From Neocallimastix sp. 'constans' (taxonomy: Eukaryota): DNA of 64,000 bases. The stretch covers positions 558,001 to 622,000 of the forward strand of contig JBODTK010000013.1 of assembly GCA_050613775.1 (NCBI GenBank). Reading direction: 5' to 3'. The notes under the pieces were generated by a model that did not search any database, had not been told where the DNA came from, and saw nothing but the letters and a program-made list of their open reading frames with translations. Below, piece after piece: positions 59,536 to 64,000 of this stretch. The stretch's first letter is position 1. The number at the start of each line of letters is the position of its first letter. Position numbers and translations under genes: made by a program.

Positions 59536-60464
59536 TATTAATTATTCCTTAAATCTTTATTTACTAAATTATTATTCGGTATTAATAATAAATATAGTAA
59601 AAGATTTAATATATAAAAATATTTAGTTTCATATAAATATTCATATATAGATATATCATTTATATTTTTAATAGAAGTATTATTAAACTTCCTATTTTTT
59701 GATACTAAATAATAAATAAATAAATAAATAAATAAATTCATTTATCAATAAAAAAATTTTTTTAACCATTTCAAAATCTATTGCATACTATTTAATATAT
59801 ATATAATATAATTTATATTAATATTTACAAAACAGTCAATTTCTAATATATGTATAATCATAAAAGGAAAAAAAAATAAAACAAATTATTATTTAATATT
59901 TATTATTTAAATATTATTATTTGATTATTGAAAAAATAAAAATAAAAAAAAATAAATAATCATCTATTGTATTGTAATGTATTGTAATGTATTAAACCAT
60001 GTAAATTGTTAAATAAAAATTAAAATTTGTTTTATATTAAATAAACTTTCAAAATAAATAAAAAAATAAAGTTTAATTTTTATTAAAAGATAATATTTAT
60101 TATTTAGTTGTAACTTCAATTGAAATCAATATAATCAATATAATGTTAATTTAGTATAAATAATATATTGATTTATTATTGAATTTGATATTTAAAAATT
60201 AAATATATAAAAAAATAAAAAATAAATATTAAATATTAAAATATTATAAAATAAAATAAATAAGAATTAAACTTTATTTATTAATAAAATTTATATAATA
60301 TTTAATATTATAAAACTTTAATTAAATTTGTATTTATCATTATTAATTAATAATAATAGCTATAGTTTTATATAAATTATAAAAATTTATTTTTTTTAAA
60401 TTTATGATTACACAAATTAATAATCAATAATTAATAATTATAGAAGAGATTAATAAATAATAAA

Positions 60465-60556
<92 letters not shown>

Positions 60557-61090
60557 TAATAATAATAATAATAATAATAATTAAACATAGTAAATAGTAA
60601 AATGATAATAATGATAGAAATGATAATTATATAATTATAATTAAATAATGGTTATTCTTTTCATCGAATTAACAATTCCATTATTTTGTTTTAGAGAATT
60701 ATAATAGATAATAAATAATAAATAACAAATAATAAATAATAAATAACAAATAATAAATAACAAATAATAAATAAATAACAAATAATAAATAATAAATAAT
60801 AAATAAATAACAAATAATAAATAAATAACAAATAATAAATAATAAATAATAAATAATAAATAATAAATAATAAATAATAATAATAAATAATAAATAATAA
60901 ATAATAAATAATAAATAATAATAAATAAATAATAAATAATAAATAATAAATAATAAATAATAAATAATAAATAATAAATAATAAATAATAAATAATAATA
61001 AATAAATAATAAATAATAAATAAATAATAATAAATAATAAATATTGAAAATATTGTAAATAATAAATAATAATAAATAAATAAATAAATG
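60465..61090. repeat. (AAT)n and (TAAATAA)n microsatellites
   Basis: Directly visible; the heptamer is the reverse complement of the arrays at 4.9, 20.5 and 59.3 kb. Confidence 0.85.
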
Positions 61091-61719
61091 GAAATTTTTA
61101 TTAATAAATATAAAATTTGTAGATTAATAATAATTTTGTTATATTAAACTAATTTATTAATAAATTATTTAATATATAAAATAATTTGTTTTATATATAT
61201 TGAATATAGTTTTAATATATATACAATATATACAATATATACAATATATTTTATATTTTTTAAAGTTTTTTTTTTTAAATGAATTTTGTATTTTTTTTTT
61301 TTATTTTTTATTTTTTATTTTATGTTATTTTTTTTTTTTTAATTTTTTTATTCGTCTTTTTTTTTTTTTTTGTATAAACAAATAGTAAAAGAGTAGAGTT
61401 GATTTTGTTTTTAAAAATATAGCTTATTCTTTTCTATTTGTTATATAGATTTTAAGATAATATAAATATTAATTTTAAAAGAAATTAAAATAAAGAAAAT
61501 AAGAAAATTTATTAAAATTATAAAAATATATGTTTATATATAAAAAGATAAATAATAGAAAGTTAATTTATAGTTTTTATAATTTTTTTAAATAATTACT
61601 TTCTGTCAAAAAGTAATAAATAAAACATAAATAGAAATCATATAACATAAAAAAGTAAAGGTTATATTATATATATATATAACATAATATTAATCTATAT
61701 TTTTAAATTGTGTTATTAT

Positions 61720-61752
<33 letters not shown>

Positions 61753-62404
61753 CATAGAAAAAACAATCCTAGTAATCTTAATAATCATATTATTTAAATA
61801 CCAAAATTATCAAAATTATCAATAGAAAAAAAATTATTTAGTAAATAAATAATATTATTTTTTGTTATTATTTCATATATAATATAAAAAAAAAAAAGAT
61901 GAAATTTAATGAAAATATAAATTAGAGTTTTTTTTTTTATAGAGAGAAATAAATATTTATATACAATTTCATAATTTCATAAACAAAAATAAGTAATAAA
62001 AAAAAAAAAAAAAATAAATAATAATATATATAATTTAAGATAACGAAAAATTGTTAAAATACAATTGTTTAATTGATAAAAATCAAATATTATTTCACAA
62101 TCAAATATACAAAAATCTTCAAACTACGAAATATAAATTATATATATACATTATTTATAGAAACATTTAACAACAGTTGTTATTGTCAATATTGCTATAA
62201 TAAAAAAAATAATTATTAATAATTAAAAAACAATTGTCAGTGATTAATTGTTTAATACATTTCATACTATCAAAATAAGTTTTTATTTATATATATAAAA
62301 TATATATAAACATTTTATTTTATTTAAATTTTTTATTATTTTTTTTATTTTATTTTATTTTTTTTTTTTAAATAAATAGAATATAAAAATATATATATAA
62401 AGCC

Positions 62405-64000
62405 ATGGCTGAAAATAGATTTTCACTTCAACTTGATTTGGATTTAGGTAGTGATATTCAATTCGGAAAAGATCTTGATTTCGATAATTTTAAGAAACAA
62501 TTTTTATCGTCTGAAAGTACCGATGATATAGAAAAAAGATCACCAGTAAAGACAAATTTTCAAAATGCTAATACTAATCCTTCACCTGTGAAAACACCAC
62601 TTTCTCAAAAGAGAGCAAGTTCCATCCTTACAGTCTCTAAATATTTAAATGATAGATATAGAACGGATAATGCAAAACAAGATAACAATATTTCTTCTCT
62701 CCTATATAAAGTAGGTGATTTCTTTTTAAAGAAAAATACTGATGATAAAGAAGTCCATAGCAATGTCTTTGTCCCAACAAATACTTCAGATATGCCTTCA
62801 GCTGTCATCATGAATATATTATTAAATATGAAATCTTCAAATGATTTATTTAATGCTTCCTTGGTTTGTAAACGTTGGGCTTCCATTGCTCTTCCTTTAC
62901 TCTACTCAAAAATCCACATAAAAAATGAAAATAATTTCAAAATTTGTTTAAAAATGAAAAAATGTGGTAAGACTTGTCAACTCTGCTCCAGTAATAGTAA
63001 TTACACACCCATCCCTTTGAAGTATAAGGGTCTTATTCAAGAATTAATTGTTTCCATATCTCATATTGATATGAATAAATTAATTCCCACATCTACTTCA
63101 TCCTCCTATCTTCCAATTCATAAATCTAGTAATAAACAACGTTTATCTTTACAATCTACCCTTTCAAATTCTAGCTATTTATCCAACAGTTCATCAACAA
63201 GATTAAATAATAGAAGAGATTCTGAAGCTTCCATAGGTTCCACATTATCTACTTTATCTAATTCACTCTATAATTATCCTATAAATGAGGAAAAAATGAC
63301 ACATGAACCTACACCAGTTTCACCCTTGGAAGGAGTCAAGAGAAATTCATACTCTCCAACAAATTCTAGCTCTCTCTCCTCTCCTACCATTTTCTCCTCC
63401 TCAGAAAATAATACCAACAATAACAGCAATAATAGTAATAGTAGTTTATCAGAACTATTAAATCTTCCAATAGCTACTGGTGCTTCCGGTGGTACTACAG
63501 CCTCTTCTCTAAATGTTAATACTTCTTTAACGAGAGCAATGAAAAGAAGTAGTTTAAATAGCGGTACTTTGAGTCCACGACAAGGAAATAATTCCTTCCA
63601 ATCTGATCAAATTTTCGAAGAACATATTATTAATTGTGCCATCGGAGGCAACTTAAAAGTTTTAAAGTTGGTAAATATCGCTTTGCCTAACCTTAATACC
63701 ATGTTGAAATATATACCATCAAAACAACTGAAACACTTGGAAGTCACCACAATTCATAAGAGAACCACCTTAGAAATTGATACCTTTTTAAATTATTTAA
63801 AACATTGTGATTCTCTAAACTATCTAGGTCTCGGTTTCTGTACCGATCATTGTTCCTGTTGGTATGATGATAATGCCAAGTCATTAATGGGTCGATTAGT
63901 GAAATCCCTTCCTTCTCACCTTAAATCCTTAAGATTCTTCTGTAGTAATATGGTCACTCGTGATACGATGATTGTCATTTCTCAGAAATGTCCAAAATTA
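62405..64000 (+). CDS. F-box / leucine-rich-repeat protein (5' part; continues beyond the window)
   Basis: ATG at 62405 with the frame open to the window end (absent from the ORF track because it has no stop). F-box SDMPSAVIMNILLNMKSSNDLFNASLVCKRWASIALPLLY; Ser-rich linker; LRR-like NLKVLKL, QLKHLEV, SLNYLGLGFC, HLKSLRFFC. Confidence 0.88.
   Translation, partial: MAENRFSLQLDLDLGSDIQFGKDLDFDNFKKQFLSSESTDDIEKRSPVKTNFQNANTNPSPVKTPLSQKRASSILTVSKYLNDRYRTDNAKQDNNISSLLYKVGDFFLKKNTDDKEVHSNVFVPTNTSDMPSAVIMNILLNMKSSNDLFNASLVCKRWASIALPLLYSKIHIKNENNFKICLKMKKCGKTCQLCSSNSNYTPIPLKYKGLIQELIVSISHIDMNKLIPTSTSSSYLPIHKSSNKQRLSLQSTLSNSSYLSNSSSTRLNNRRDSEASIGSTLSTLSNSLYNYPINEEKMTHEPTPVSPLEGVKRNSYSPTNSSSLSSPTIFSSSENNTNNNSNNSNSSLSELLNLPIATGASGGTTASSLNVNTSLTRAMKRSSLNSGTLSPRQGNNSFQSDQIFEEHIINCAIGGNLKVLKLVNIALPNLNTMLKYIPSKQLKHLEVTTIHKRTTLEIDTFLNYLKHCDSLNYLGLGFCTDHCSCWYDDNAKSLMGRLVKSLPSHLKSLRFFCSNMVTRDTMIVISQKCPKL

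Noticed and set aside
62605..62886. Minus-strand 93-aa ORF
   Set aside because: Antisense to the F-box gene on the plus strand.

Overview
Extremely AT-rich eukaryotic DNA with spliceosomal introns. Gene content (two giant Cys-rich scaffoldin-type proteins, an intronless ankyrin gene) and composition point to an anaerobic gut fungus (Neocallimastigomycota); this is inference. Host genes: scaffoldin-like gene A (+, ~9.1-17.8 kb), an ankyrin-repeat protein (-), a 12-exon SEL1/HRD3 ERAD gene (+), a 5-exon HSC20/JAC1 Fe-S co-chaperone (-), scaffoldin-like gene B (-, 45.1-50.5 kb), a frameshifted coiled-coil ORF pair (-), tRNA-Cys(GCA), and an F-box/LRR gene running off the right edge. Intergenic DNA holds degraded Ty1/copia and Ty3/gypsy retrotransposons, LTR fragments, a LINE fragment, a candidate MITE and satellites. 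Most interesting: (1) three independent copia-type LTRs are each followed by GATTAAGAGTCTCA (one copy with a 1-nt change), complementary to the anticodon arm of a tRNA-Lys(CUU), suggesting priming by a tRNA-Lys 5' half; (2) a 2.7-kb array of ~28 copies of a ~35-bp constant unit separated by variable-length (AAAAT)n spacers, with higher-order duplication; (3) polybasic Kex2-like sites and GPI-like C-termini in the scaffoldin paralogues. All calls are manual readings without database searches.
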